Positions 36,680 to 49,789 of a stretch of 64,000 nucleotides of DNA are shown piece after piece (within the stretch, counting starts at the first letter, position 1; each line of letters starts with the position of its first letter). Position numbers and translations under genes: made by a program. A model generated the notes under the pieces. That model saw only the letters and a list, made by a program, of their open reading frames with translations. It did no database searches and was not told the DNA's origin. The DNA is from Glaucostegus cemiculus (Eukaryota), in contig CDPCPM010000005.1 in the NCBI GenBank assembly GCA_976551045.1, forward strand, positions 3,720,001 to 3,784,000. The letters run 5' to 3'.

Positions 36680-37810
36680 AGCAGGCTTCTTCAGAAGGTC
36701 AGAGGTCGAGGCATCCAGGGGAGTATGGCTGTGTGGATCAGGAATTGGCTTGCCTGTAGAAAGCAGAGGGTTGTGGTGGAGGGAGTGCCCTCGGATTGGA
36801 GGGCTATGACTAGTGGTGTCCCGCAGGGATTGGTTCTGGGACCTCTACTCTGTTATATTTATAGATGACTTAGATGAAGGAGTGGAAGGATGGGTTGGTA
36901 AGTCTGCAGATGACACCAAGATCGGTGGTGTGGTGGATAGTGTGGAGGACTGTAGGAGCTTACAGAGGGATATTGATAGGATGCAGAGCTGGGCAGACAC
37001 GTGGCAGATGGAGTTTAATCTGGAGAAGTGTGAGGTGGTGCACTTTGGGAGGACGAACTCCAGGGCAGAGTATCAGGTAAATGGTAAGGTACTTGGCAGT
37101 GTAGAGGAGCAGAGGGATCTGGGGGTTCATATCCACAGTTCACTCAAAGTTGCCCTGCAGGTGGATAGGGCAGTTAAGGCGGCTTGTGGGATGTTAGCTT
37201 TTATAAATCGTGGAATTGAGTTCAAGAGCAGAGAGGTGATGATGCTGCTTTATAAAACTCTAGTTAGGCCGCACTTAGAATATTGTGTTCAGTTCTGGTT
37301 GCCGCATTATAGGAAGGATGTGGAGGCGTTGGAGAGGGTACAAAGGCGATTTACCAGGATGATGCCTGGATTAGAGGGTATGGAATATGAGGAGAGGCTT
37401 AAGGTGCTAGGGCTCTACTCATTGGAGAGGAGGAGGATGAGAGGGGACGATAGAGGTATATAAGATATTGAGAGGAATAGATAGAGTTGACAGCCAGCGT
37501 CTCTTTCCCAGAGCGCAGATGCACAAGACGAGAGGGCATGGCTTTAAGATATTGGGTGGAAAGTTTAGGGGAGATGTCAGATGGAACTTTTTCACCCAGA
37601 GAGTGGTTGGCGCATGGAATGTGCTGCCTGGGGTGGTAGTAGAGGCAGATACGTTGGACAGGTTCAAGAGATTGTTGGATAGGCACATGGAAGAATGTGG
37701 AATAGTAGGATATATGGGAGGAAAGAGTTAGATTGTGAGACGTTTGAAGGATGGCACAACTTGGTGGGCCGAAGGGCCTGTTTTGTGCTGTACTGTTCTA
37801 TGGTTCTATA
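36680..37810 (+). mobile_element. Young 5'-truncated CR1 LINE (intron 6), nested in an older CR1 3' end
   Basis: Near-identical to the 7255-8380 part of the minus-strand copy; has frameshifts and SADD in place of FADD; the older CR1 tail continues on both sides (about 36530-36680 and 37810-38000). Confidence 0.93.
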
Positions 37811-38141
37811 GTCAGGAATGCATTGTTTTTAAGGACAGTGGAAGTTGAGTCAATAGCGAACTGCATAAGACAGCTGGATAAATTTGCAGGGCAATGGGGG
37901 AAGCACAAGTGAGCCGGAACTTATTGTGTGGCACTATCAAAGGGCCAGTAAAAGCACAATGGCTAAAAGACCTCCTTCTGCTCTCCATCATTCAAAGATT
38001 CTTTGATCCCATTATGTTTATGGCAGCGTAAACTGGGACTTAATTAGCATTTGCACTTGCACAGAAATGAAAAAATGCAGCCTCATTCAGCAAAAGATGG
38101 AGTTAGGGCAAGGGAATATATAAGCTGAGAACGATACTCAC

Positions 38142-38336
38142 ATGATGGTGAAGATCTGTCCAGCATCCAAGGTGACATCATTCAAGTGGGCAATGAATAC
38201 TGCTGCAACACTCTGAAATATGGCAGCTCCATCCATGTTGACAGTAGCTCCAATGGGAAGGACAAATCTGGCAATCCTCTTATCGATTCCATTGTTTTCC
38301 TCAACACACTTGATCATTGAAGGAAGGGTGGCAGAG
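38142..38336 (-). CDS. SLC1A4: ASCT1 exon 6 (195 bp; HP1 and TM7 NMDG motif)
   Basis: ctctgcag|C..AT|gtgagt; [64 protein letters not shown]. Confidence 0.97.
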
Positions 38337-39171
38337 CTGCAGAGCATCATTGTGAGATCGTACAATGTATATATAGAGCAACAAATCTTCACACAATAAT
38401 ACCATAGCACCCCCAAAATTAGACACCAGCTTATGACCAACTCCGAACCATGAAATTCCCTCTCTATTTACGTAGCAATTTTACTGAACCAAAACATCCC
38501 AAGGTAGTTCTTAGGACTAACTATCAAATAAAATTTCATAAGGAACCTCACTGAGTTAAGGAGAACTTTTAAAGTGTGTATTTAAGAAAAAAAAATCTGC
38601 TTTAAGGTGCTCCCTAAAGTTTGCCTGTTATTGTAACTAACTTTGTGGGTAGCTATGAATTGTTTTACAATCACTGCTGTGAAATACCTTGATACATTTA
38701 GTTCAGTGAAAGGTGCTGTATAAATGTAAGTGATTGTTTCAGTGATATTCATTCATAGACTGTAAACTTGCAGCTGTGTATATTTGTGTTGGAAAGTCAA
38801 GTTCCACAAGTTGATCTGCTATCTGGAAGTACATGAATTATTTAATCTGAAGCGAAGTTTACTGGGTTTCCTCCTTCATATTTCGCTCCCTTTTCCTATA
38901 ATTTCTCCCAGAGACAATGACTTTGGCTGAGATATTCCCAGCCCTTCTCAACTACCTGTCCTCTTCCTCTCCTTTCCTGGAGAGGGTCTGATTTATGCAC
39001 AATGAATGGCCACCCCTACAGCTTACCTAAGCATCTCCCTGTGTGCCTAGGCAGTGAGCGATGACAGAACTTAAATTGTGGAGGATATCACCTCGCGGCC
39101 CAGCTCAAACCACTCTGTGATCCGGTCCTTAAAACAAACAAAATTTCTCCATCTCCCAGAATTGACCAAAC

Positions 39172-39322
39172 GGCAAAGAACTGCAGATGCTGAAAATCTG
39201 AAATAAAAACAGAAAATGCTGGAGATACTCAGCAGGTCATGAAGAACCAATGGAGCGAGAAACACCCAAAACGTTAACCTTGACTGGGCATTTCCAGCAT
39301 TTTCTAATTTTATTCCAGCATC
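39172..39322. mobile_element. Penelope-like terminal-repeat remnant
   Basis: aactgcagatgctgaaaatctgaaataaaaacagaaaatgctggagatactcagcaggtca with inverted ttccagcattttct. Confidence 0.6.
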
Positions 39323-40799
39323 AGGAACAATTACAGGGTGAAGTGCTGGCTGATTTTTTTTTCATATTTCAGACTTGTTCATTGTCATAAACACCAGCAG
39401 GCAATGAAATTCCTTGCTTGGGTGAAGCCATATTTAGCGATTTAATTCAATCACTAAAATATGGAAAGTCCAGATGTGAAAGTCCTGTTCTCACCTAAAC
39501 TAGGAGCAGCATAGATCTGAATGCAATGTGGACCAGCTGGACTACTTGGCAGTGCTCTTGCACACCTAATCATTCAGAAGCTGTAATCCCACACTCTAAG
39601 TGTAATACAGTCAGTAATAAATGCAACAGGAAATCAGGAGAAACCTCTTTACACAGAGAATGGAGAGTGTATGGAGCCCGTTACTAAAGGGTGCAATGTC
39701 ATTGAGATGAAAAGATACCCTTAGGTGGAAGCCAGATAAAGACACAAGAGAAATGGAATAGAACAATATGGTTAAGCTGTTAAGTGTTAGGGTTATAGGC
39801 AGGGTTGCTTGCTAAGTCACTGTAGGGAGAGTTAAGGATCAAACATTGGTGGAAAGATAAATGGACACCAAATTTCCTGTCCTAAAGGAAATGGATAAAC
39901 CAGTTGGATTTTAATGGACATCGACACCACGAAGATCACTTCAAATCAAACTACTTCTCACCACACCACCCGCCCCCTACCCATCGCAATCTGTAATGGT
40001 GGAATTTGAACTTAAATTCACCAAATTACTGGCTGGGCCACTGGATCATGAGCCCAGTAACATAATCGTTATACTCCTGCAACTTTTAATTCTACCTCTG
40101 CCCCCTCTTACTCTCACCCTTGATCCACTAATCCCACTATTCTACTTTATTATCTACTTCCTTCTTCCTCTTATTCTCTGCTCCCATCCTCTAACCTTTG
40201 AGCCAGGTCCTGACTCCCCATGTACAATGCCACGGAAGACTGATTAGGACACAATCTCTCGCTCCCTGGTTGCATGAAAAGCAGAGCTTGCTTTTGTTGA
40301 ATTTAAACAAATATTTTTGAATCTTTGGTCAGCGAGTCAGCAAATGTTCCAAAAGTGCTGTGTCCATTAAGACATCAATTTTATAGCCCAGGTCTTAATG
40401 GGAATGACAAAGTACTAGATAATAACAATTCTCCCTTCACACCTGTTAAAAGCAACTCTGCAAAAAGCCATTGCTCATGCACTCTGACATTTTTAATTCA
40501 CAACATGCTGACACTAAACAGTTTGAAAAGATCTTTAAATCATGCAAAATAGTGAACAGCATCTTGTGACCCAGTCAGAATGCTAGTGTCAGACTCATTA
40601 CTGGAAAAACTTTGTCCACTCTTTCCTTTGCCTGGATTTTGCACATACCCCACAGAAAATTACGTGCACGTTCACTGTATGAAAAGCAGTTGTTTCTGAA
40701 GACCAAACCTTTCACTGCTGAATCACTTTATCTCTGTGTCTCTGGGGGTTGCAGCCCAAGGCTGAAACCTTAATTGTCAACCTCATCTCCACCGTCTTC

Positions 40800-41460
40800 C
40801 TGTGCCTAGATTCAATAACATTCAAGAAGCTCCAGGGAAAAGCAGCCCACTTGGTTGGCACCTGATCTGCCACCTACACATCCACTCCCTTTATCACCAC
40901 TTTAGCAGTGAACCTGGAGTGATGGATGGCTCGTTGTGAAAGGCACGACAAGACAAGACAAGACTGCCAAAGCAGAGCTGGAAGGAAGGAAGAATGAGAA
41001 TCAAAAGCAGGTTCAAAGGGATAGATTTCTATAGCAGGAAAGACAGCAGCAGCCGCACAGGTTTTGGTGGCATTCCAGAGTTTGGGGGGGTAAGAGAGTC
41101 TCACCAACTGTAAAGTGAACTGCAGCAACTTGCCAAATCTTCTCCAACAACCCCTCTCAAAATACGGGACCTCCGTTATCTCGAAGGCAGCTGACACACG
41201 AGACCCTACGTTGGAATGCCAACATTTACAAGTTACATCTCTAATCAAACTCCATTCCGAAATAATATTTTCATCAATCCCTCATCATCAGTGGGTCCAA
41301 ATCTTGAAACTCCCCAAAACAGAAAATGTGGGAGCACCCTCACCATACAGACCATAGCAGTTCAAAGTGGCAGCTCACCACCACTACTTGAAAGCCAATT
41401 CTGGGGTGAGCAATCAACACTGGCCTTGGCAGTGAGGCTCACATGCCTAAAAGCAATGAT
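40800..41460 (+). mobile_element. Old LINE 3' fragment (CR1/L2 group; family not determined)
   Basis: ccagggaaaagcagcccacttggttggcacc..tgcagcaacttgccaa..ggcagctcaccaccact; related copies at about 61950-62610 and 63370-63550. Confidence 0.55.
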
Positions 41461-42149
41461 CTAAAAAAAAAAAAATCGGTTTCTCAAATGTTCATCTGGC
41501 CATGCCTGTCAACACTTCACAGCCTCCAGATAATCCAGGACTCCACAGCATGCACTCACTCTTGGGATACAAGACTGTCGTCTGCTGACTCAACAGGGTC
41601 TCCTGACGACTCATCAGGCTCCACTGACCCACAGTTTACCTGTGCGTCAAATTATTCCACAATCTCATCCCATCATCTCCTCAGGTTTTCCAGCCTGCAC
41701 CTCCATGCTCTAACTCTGATCTTCTCTTTGTAATCCATTGTCATTGGCAGATCATTCAGTTGCCAACCAGCCTCTCTCCACCCCCAAACTCTGGAACTGC
41801 GCCAAAATCCATTCTGTGTTGTTGCTTTCCCTCCCCCAAGAAGATCTATTCCTTTGAACCTCCTTCCAGCTCCTGTTGACAGTCTCCTCATGCCTCTTAC
41901 AATGAGCCATCCCACCACACCAGTTTCGGTGCTAACAGGGAGACTTCCCCTGTCCTTTGTACCAATGAAGCAGACCATATACAGACATGAAACTGAGTTA
42001 AAAGGGCAGGGATAAAATGGAGAAAATGTGGACAAACAGATCTGAATGATAACCAAATGTAACCGTGAAAACTGGGTTCCAAGTTGATTGTTTGTGATGT
42101 TTCTTCATCAAAATATGCTTGGAGAATCTCAAATTCTCACCTAAAGATC

Positions 42150-42705
42150 ACAATTCTGCTCACACTATCATAGGAAGGATGTGGAGACTATGGTGAGTTT
42201 GCAGAAGAGGTTTACCAGGATGCTGCCTGGATTAGAGGGAGGTTCAACAAACTATAAGAAGAGGTTCAACGAACTTGTGTTGTTTTCTCAGGAGCAGCAG
42301 AGGCCAAGGGGAAACCTGATAGAAGTTTGTAAGATTATCAGAGGCATAGACAGAGTAGACAGTGGGTATCTTTTGCCCTAGGGTCAAAACGTCACATACT
42401 AGAGGGCATGCATTTAAGGTGAGAGGGGATAAGTTCAAAGATGATGTGAGGGGCAAGTTTTTTTTTACTAATACAGAGAGTGGTGGATGCCTGGAATGTG
42501 CTGCCAGGGGTGGTAGTTGAGGGTAATATGATAGAGGTGATTAAGAGGTGCTTAGGTAGGCACATGAGTGTGCAGAGAATGCAGGGACATGGACATTGTG
42601 TAGGCAGAAGGGATTAGTTTGGGTAAGCATTTAATTACTAGTTTTATTAGTTTGGCACAACATCATGGGCCAAAGGGCCTGTTAACGTGCTGTACTGTTC
42701 TATGA
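42150..42705 (+). mobile_element. CR1 3' fragment
   Basis: LQKRFTRMLPGLEG..RGNLIEVCKIIRGIDRVD; tail gggccaaagggcctgtt..tgctgtactgttctatg. Confidence 0.85.
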
Positions 42706-43438
42706 TTGAAGTCAACAATAACATGACCACAACTCTTGAATTTCAATGACAGTTTTTTTTTCAGAGAATGAAATCACTGCAGCAACTGGCAAGAGCGAAT
42801 CAGCACGTTTGAGTCACCTATCTGACCTAAAGGTGAGCTTTTGGCCACTTATTCACTCCCTCACCAGGACTGCTTTCTTCTACTTTTGCAATATCACTAC
42901 TGTATCAGCTCATAGCCAGTGTCCTGTCTTCCACTCTGTGTAAACTGGAGTTTATCCAGAACTCTCTGCACTAAGCCCCACATACTTATCATCTCTGTGC
43001 TCGTTGAACTAAAATGACTCCCAGTTCAGCAATGTCTCCATTTTAAAATTATAATTTTCTCAGTTCTCTCTATAGCCTTGCTCAGCTTTCCACCTGTAGT
43101 ATCCTTCAGCCCCATGAACCTCTAAGGTATGTGCATTCCTCCCAATCAGGCCTCTCGCACCTCCTTAATTCACATCACTTCATTTTTTGATCATCTGTTC
43201 TAATATCTCCTTATGTGAGGTGGTATCAAACTTTGTTTGATAATAGCTCCCTTGAACTGCTTTGAGATTTTTACTTTGTTATCTAAATGGATAAAAAGAA
43301 TCACAAGTCACAAGAATCACTCCTGGAGTTTTGTGAAATCAAAGAGTTGTATAATAACTTTCAGCCCTTAACAATCTCAATAGCTGCAATTGGTATAATG
43401 TTATCTGTGAAACCTAAAGCAGTTAACTAAACACAGAC

Positions 43439-43672
43439 CTGGAACATGTTCCGAAAGCTGTTGTTAATGGAGTGGCGATGCCCAACAGAAACGTATAAGG
43501 ATTTCTGCGGGTGAACACCAAATAGATCAAAGGTAGAATAATTGCTCCATGTATAAAGTGTCCGAGTATGGAAGCAAAAATATATTTTCCCAAGCCAGTT
43601 ACCAGGGAAACAACATTATCCATCTCCACTATTTTGCTGGCAACGAGGAACAGGATTCCAATGGGAGCATAC
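43439..43672 (-). CDS. SLC1A4: ASCT1 exon 5 (234 bp)
   Basis: aaacag|G..AG|gtctgt; [77 protein letters not shown]. Confidence 0.97.
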
Positions 43673-43823
43673 CTGTTTATGATAAAATAATTGTTAGTGA
43701 AACATCACATGCAAAATACAATACACAATAGAATATTAACAGCTATATTATCAATATACCATCTTTAATAGTAAAACATACAAAGGCATTTCTCGAGAGT
43801 GATTATTGAAGAGAATAACTCAC

Positions 43824-43990
43824 CACATAATCCAGGAGACCAAGATCATAGTTGCATCATTGAAAGTACTGAAAAATCTAATCATCTGTTCCCCATCAGA
43901 GCCTAGTTTCCTGAGAGCTATGCCAAAGATGATTGCAAAGAGGATCAGTCCCAGTATATTCATACCTTCCACTTCAGTACCAATGGGAAC
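43824..43990 (-). CDS. SLC1A4: ASCT1 exon 4 (167 bp)
   Basis: ttacag|G..TG|gtgagt; [56 protein letters not shown]. Confidence 0.97.
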
Positions 43991-44258
43991 CTGTAATCAT
44001 TAGCAGAAAGACTGAGCTCAGGAATAGACAGAGGAGGTCACAGAAATGTGGAGGTCAGCACCGTACTTTTCACACAAGCACAGAATGGCTTGTGGTCTTT
44101 TAAAAGAAGATTGGCTGATCATTTTTTTTTAATCTTCCTCCTCCCTTTATAGCTTCCTGTCTCCACTATTTTACCTGCCATCTTTTGCTGAACAATCCAT
44201 AGAAACTTCTCACAAATGTGTGCACAGTTAAAGAGCAACAAACAAACCAGAATACTTC

Positions 44259-44277
44259 GGGGGGGGGGGGGGGGGGG
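44259..44277. repeat. Poly-G tract (19 nt)
   Basis: Read directly; shorter G runs occur near 46120 and 52295. Confidence 0.9.
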
Positions 44278-45267
44278 AGGCTGGAATGATCCAATAGGTC
44301 CCTCAGACCATTCTCCTTTTTTTCACCTCATCCTTCCCCAAACTCCTTCTCCTTGGGTCTGTATTCTACATTTGGCTTTGATGAAAGGCATTGATCTGAA
44401 ACACCAGCTCTGTTTCCCTCACCACAGATGCTGCCTGGCGTGCACTTTGTTTTAATTTCAGATTTCCCACACTATACAGTACTTTGCTTTTATTCACCTC
44501 TGCGATCATCAGCCTAGTCCCTCATCTGACGACCTTGGTTCAAATTCATTCTTGAAGTAACTGGTGATAAACACTAACATCTCCGTGCAATCCCCCGTTG
44601 CCAGCGGTAAGAGGTTAAAATGGACTGTAGCTGTCCATTTGTTAATAGTATATATTTCACAGCACTTCTTGCCAAGCACCAAACGTCACCCTTCAACCAT
44701 AGATAAATGCTCATTTATTTCACTTTTTGTGCGTGCTTCTGGCACCTTGTTGAGAGTGAAACTTCTTTGGTTAAAAGGCAAATAGTGATTCCAATTCAAA
44801 AGTAAATCACTTACTAATGGACATTACAAGAGCAAACAAAGCAATATATAAGCAGATTTTCTATCCACAGCTCACCGTTAATTCCCACAAATCTCAAGCT
44901 TTTACTTTAATAAGATTTTCTTGTACTCTGATCCATAGAATAAAAATCTCAGAAATCTGACATGCAAGATAAGAATATACATCTCCCATGGAAAATTTAT
45001 TTCTCATGCTTTATGAATGTATTCTTTACTTCATTCCACCCTCTTGAACTTCCCTGAATTTACTCATTCCCTGACTGATAACCAAGCCTTCATCTGCCAA
45101 GGCTCTAAATTCTCAAACTCTGTCCCTCCCTTTAGATGCTCCTTAAAACCCAATCCAGTCCTTTCATCTCCTGTGTGGTTTGGTGTCAAATTTTGTTGTA
45201 CAGCATTTCTATGAAGTAGATTGGGATGTTTTTCTAACGTTAAAGATATTATAGCAATGCAAGAGGG

Positions 45268-45432
45268 ATATACAGGAGACTGTGGATGGTGGAACCTGGA
45301 GCAAAAAACAAACAGAACTCAGCGGGTCAGGCAGCATCTGTGGAGGGAAATGGACGGTTGACATTTCAGGTTGAGACCCTTAACCTGGACTGCATCACAA
45401 TCTGAAATGTTGAATGTCCATTTCCCTCCAGA
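45268..45432. mobile_element. Penelope-like inverted pseudo-LTR pair (intron 3)
   Basis: ctcagcgggtcaggcagcatctgtggagggaaatggac followed by gtccatttccctcca; another remnant at about 44370-44495. Confidence 0.7.
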
Positions 45433-45611
45433 AACGTTGTGGGTGCTGGGGTGGTTAAAGAATGCCACCAAACCAGACAACTCAAAGGACCTCCTGGAAG
45501 AAGGATCTTAAATTCAAGGAAATTATGAAACATAAAACCAAAGAAAATATATCAACACTCAGACAAACTATTGCTTTACTTGCAACAGCTTTACATGAGA
45601 AAATACTCCCA

Positions 45612-45686
45612 GAATAATGGTGGTGCAGACTCGAAGAGCCGAATGGTCTACTTCTGCATCTATTGTCTATTGTCTATTGTCTATTG
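45612..45686 (+). mobile_element. Extremely 5'-truncated CR1 tail with (CTATTGT)n
   Basis: ggtgcagactcgaagagccgaatggtctacttctgcatctattgtctattgtctattgtctattg. Confidence 0.7.
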
Positions 45687-45826
45687 AGAATATCAATCAT
45701 TGTTAATTCCTTTATATCACTGATTTCTTCCTGAATGGATCATGGCCCACACTGTGGAAATAATTTTGGAATGAAACATTTTACTACCAATATGCAAGTT
45801 CTGTTCAATTTGTTGTTTCTTCTTAC

Positions 45827-45904
45827 CTTTTCATACGTTGTGTTTCCAGATGTTACATTTTGATCAGGAGCAGCTGTTGACACCCATTTGTAATCTGTAG
45901 CATA
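45827..45904 (-). CDS. SLC1A4: ASCT1 exon 3 (78 bp; extracellular loop 2)
   Basis: tttcag|TAT..AAG|gtaaga; YATDYKWVSTAAPDQNVTSGNTTYEK, compared with human [21 protein letters not shown]. Confidence 0.95.
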
Positions 45905-46559
45905 CTGAAAAATGACATTTGTGTTAGATTTCTGTCAGGTCAATGCATCTGCTGGACACAGTCAGAGAATGCCACTGACCAGGAACCCAAAGGATCCGAC
46001 CAGTCCAGGTGACACCAACAAAGGCTGATGAAAATCACCCACTCTTTCAGAAATGTTCTGGTGAGCATTTGTGCTCACTACAATTAAGTCATTCAATTCC
46101 AAAGGTGGGGGCAGGTTGGGGGGGGGGGGGTGGCTGGTGAGATAAGGTAGGTAGAATGGGAAGAGGCTTGTAAAGAGTACAAACTGACCAATTTGACCAG
46201 ACGACATTTGATCTGCGCTGCAGATTTGATACATGGAAAAGAAATTACATGGGGCAATGAAAGATGCAAACACTATGAGCTGGTCAGAATTTCTTTGCAG
46301 GCGATCGTGTATTTTTGCTTTCTTCTTATTTTCTAATTCTCCACACGCACTCAGGGAAGGCACAAATAAAAAATCCAAAGGAAGGAAGTGCTTGTATCCT
46401 TTTATTTATCCGTGATACCTTTCAACATATGGAGTACTTTTTTTTCCTTGAAGTCTAGTATCGTACCAACAGGTTGGACTCAAAACATGCTGTCCTGATC
46501 CTTTTCCTTGCAGTTTGTCTATTTCTAATTATGTACTTTTCTGTGAAAATGTAGGTGCT

Positions 46560-47465
46560 CTGATTGGTAAGCTTGCTGAGGAGATGAAAATTGGTGGAGT
46601 TGCGGATAGCAAAGAAGGTTGTCAAGAAAATCATGCAGAAAATAGAACAGCTGGAAATATGGGCAGGGAAGTGGCAGATGGAGTTTAATCTGTCAATTGA
46701 GGTGTTGCATTTTGGGAGATCAAAAGTGTACAGAAAATGGCAGGACTCTTAGGAGCACTGATGTACAGTGGGATGTGCAGGGTACAAGTCCATAGCTTCC
46801 TGAAAGTGACAACACAAGTGGTTAGGGTGGTAAAGGCAGCATAAGGCATGCTTGCCTTCATCGATTGCAGCATTGAGTATAAAAGTTTGGAAGTCATATT
46901 GCAGCTGTATGAAACTTCGGTTAGGCCACATTTGGAGTATTGTGCATAGTTCTGGTCACCACACTATAGTAAGGATGTGGAAGCTATGGAGAGGGTGCAG
47001 AAGACATTCACCAGGATGCTGGCTGGATCAGAGTATTTTAGCTACAAGGAGAGATTGGACAAACTTGAATTGTTTACTCTGAAGCATCAAAAGCTGAGAG
47101 GTGATCTGACAGAGGTATATAAAATTATATGAGGCAGACAGTCAGTGTCTTTTTCCCAGGGTGGAAATGTCAAATGAGGGCAAAGGTTTAAGTTGAGAAA
47201 GGGGTAGCTTAAAGATTTGCAGAGCAAGTTTGTTTTACACTCAGTGTGGTACGTGCCTAGAACGCGCTGCCAGCAGAGATGATAGAAGCAGATAGGATAG
47301 TAGCATGTAGGAGGCATTTAGACAGACACATGAACAGGCAGGAAAGAGAGGGATATAGACCATCTGCAGGCAGATGGGATTAGTTTAATTTGGCATAACG
47401 GTCAACAAAGACATAATGGGCTGAAGGGCCTGTTGCTTTGCTGTGCTGTACTGTTCTATGTTCGA
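46560..47465 (+). mobile_element. CR1 RT and 3' fragment
   Basis: Decayed IGKLAEEMKIGG, WQMEFN, VRPHLEYC; tail gggctgaagggcctgttgc..gtactgttctatgttc. Confidence 0.85.
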
Positions 47466-47859
47466 GGTTTCATTGTCTTCCACAAGTTTCCTGCATCTAC
47501 TCCTTTGCTTCCACTTGTACTTCTCCCTCAACTGCTTGCACCCAACATCACTCATTGCTCTTACATTCCTCCCTCCTGTCTGATCCTTTGCTGTGCTAAA
47601 CCTTCATCCAATCCTCCCCAGTCTCATGTGCCTTATTCCTGTGCCTCACCCACCCCACATCTGGCAAATCATCTCCAACCTAAAAACAAGTCCCCAATCT
47701 TCGCTATGCAAGCAGTACAGACAAAGAGTTCAGTGGACTAAATGAACAGGTATTAAACAGGAAATTACATGAACAAACTTCAGCTAATTTGTTTAGAGTC
47801 AAAGTTATTCCAGCGATATCAGGAAATGACCGAGAAAGAATAAAGGAACACACCATGAA

Positions 47860-48420
47860 GCTGTGCTGATTGTGCCTGATCAGATCATTGCTTTCCACAA
47901 GTTCTACAATTACTTCCTTAACACTTGATTCTAACATTTTCCCAATAACATTGGGCTAATTAGGATATAGTTACCTGTTTTTGCCTTCCACTCTTTTGAC
48001 TAAGATATCACAATGGCAGTTTTCCAATCCTCTATTAGTTCTCCACAATCTACAGTCTTTTGGAAGATTACAACCTCTGCATCCACTATCTCTGCAGCCA
48101 CCTTTTAGGATCCTAGGATGCAAACTATCAGGTCCTGGGGACACATTAGCCTTTAGCCCCATTAATTTGCCTAATACTAATTAACTGCTGATCATGATGG
48201 TATTTAATTCTACTTTTTTTACTATTAATAATACCTATAATTATAATTTAGTATTATACTTCATAGTATTTTCCACCATAAAAAATTACAAATTATCTGT
48301 TTAACTCCTCCATCACTTCCTTGTTCCCCTTACCCATATCCCCCCAGCCTCTTTCTCCAAGAAATTTGCATTCACTTTGACCTCTCTTTTCTTTTTTTAT
48401 GTGGTTAATGAAGCTCTTGT
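47860..48420 (-). mobile_element. Old CR1 fragment
   Basis: GLKANVSPGPDSLHPRILK and NDLIRHNQHSFM. Confidence 0.7.
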
Positions 48421-48982
48421 CAGTTTTGATATTTCTTGCTGGTCTGCTCTCAATGTATTTTCTCTTTCTTGACTCTTCAAGTTCTTTTTCAGACCCAGTA
48501 ATGTTTATATTCTATTTTGTAAATTCATGCTTCCATCTACACAGCTTGCAGTGCTGGTTATCATCAGCAGACTTGTATAGGTGGCTTCCTATCCTATCAG
48601 GTAAGATATTCATAAATACAATGAATATATGTAGCCCTAAAAGCAAATTCTTGTGGGATGCCACAAGTCACCTCTTGCCAATTTGACTATCTGCTATTAT
48701 CCATGGTCATCTCCCAGCATCCAACCAATTTACAAGCAAGGGAATTCTCTCCCAGGAGTTATTTTGGAAAGTTGACATGTTCTTATTTAACTTTGTCAGA
48801 CATTTAACAACAGTTCCAACTTAAAAAAAAACTTCTGAAACCTGCAGGTAAAATATAAAATGTTGAATTATTGTCACAAAGAAAAAAAGAGCCAGATGCA
48901 AAATGAAGGAGCTACACTTTCAGTCGGTGTTAACGTTTCTGACACACTGCCTTTGCTCACAGGGAAATGGAGCTGAACTTAC

Positions 48983-49025
48983 CGATCGGAACGCAGCAGC
49001 TACAAGATTTGAAGGAACGAGGTTT
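48983..49025 (-). CDS. SLC1A4: ASCT1 exon 2 (43 bp)
   Basis: ttttttttgttgcag|A..TCG|gtaagt; NLVPSNLVAAAFRS, compared with human NLFPSNLVVAAFRT. Phases are consistent through exons 2-8. Confidence 0.95.
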
Positions 49026-49284
49026 CTGCAACAAAAAAAAGTCATAATCGTTTTGTTAGGGACTAATTAAACATGTTGAGCACAATTCAGTAAGTTTAAA
49101 AACAGACAGAAATTGGAAGTGGAACTCTTGGCGTTGGCAAGAATAAAAAATCTGCAACATTTCCTTCCAATTCGCTTGACTTGACCTCATTGCATTTTTT
49201 ACCCTGACTTACATTTGTCCTGGGAAACCGGAACTACTACTTCCACAATCCAGTGCATTCAGGCAATTCCCACTACTCCCACAT

Positions 49285-49760
49285 CATGGCCTTTCTGCCC
49301 ATGATGCCGTGCCAAACCTATTACATTAGTAATCAAATGCCCAACTAAAATAATCCCTTCTACCTACACAATGTCCACATCCTCTCACATTCATGTGCCT
49401 ATCTAAGAGCTTCTTGAACACCCCTAGTGTATTTGCCTCCACCACCACCCCAGGCAGCACATTCCAGGCACCCACCACTCTCTATGTAAAAAAAAACTTG
49501 CCCTGCACATCTCCTTTGAACTTGCCCCCTATCACCTTAAATGCATGCCCCCTGGTATTAGACATATCAATCCTGGGGAAAAGAAACATATTGTATTTCC
49601 TGTATATATTTTCACAAATGAAGTTTTTCCACAAGGACAGCAGTGAACATCTGGAACAAGCTGCCAGAGGAGATGATGGAGACAGATAGCATTACTATGT
49701 TTAAAAGGTGTTTGGACAGCAACTTGGACAGGGAGTGAGGGATACGAGGCTAATACAGTC
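49285..49760. mobile_element. Two CR1 3' fragments in opposite orientation
   Basis: 49285-49590 minus (cctccaccaccaccccaggcagcacattccagg); 49615-49760 plus (atctggaacaagctgccagagg). Confidence 0.7.
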
Positions 49761-49789
49761 AAAAGCTCTATTTGATCTTAAGTTCATCC

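Noticed and set aside
38337-38440. N-terminal extension of the ORF-track entry 38138..38440
   Set aside because: Intronic read-through upstream of the true acceptor at 38337/38336.
43848-43862. Asp at the position of human E256 (site of the E256K disease allele)
   Set aside because: Conservative acidic substitution, unremarkable.
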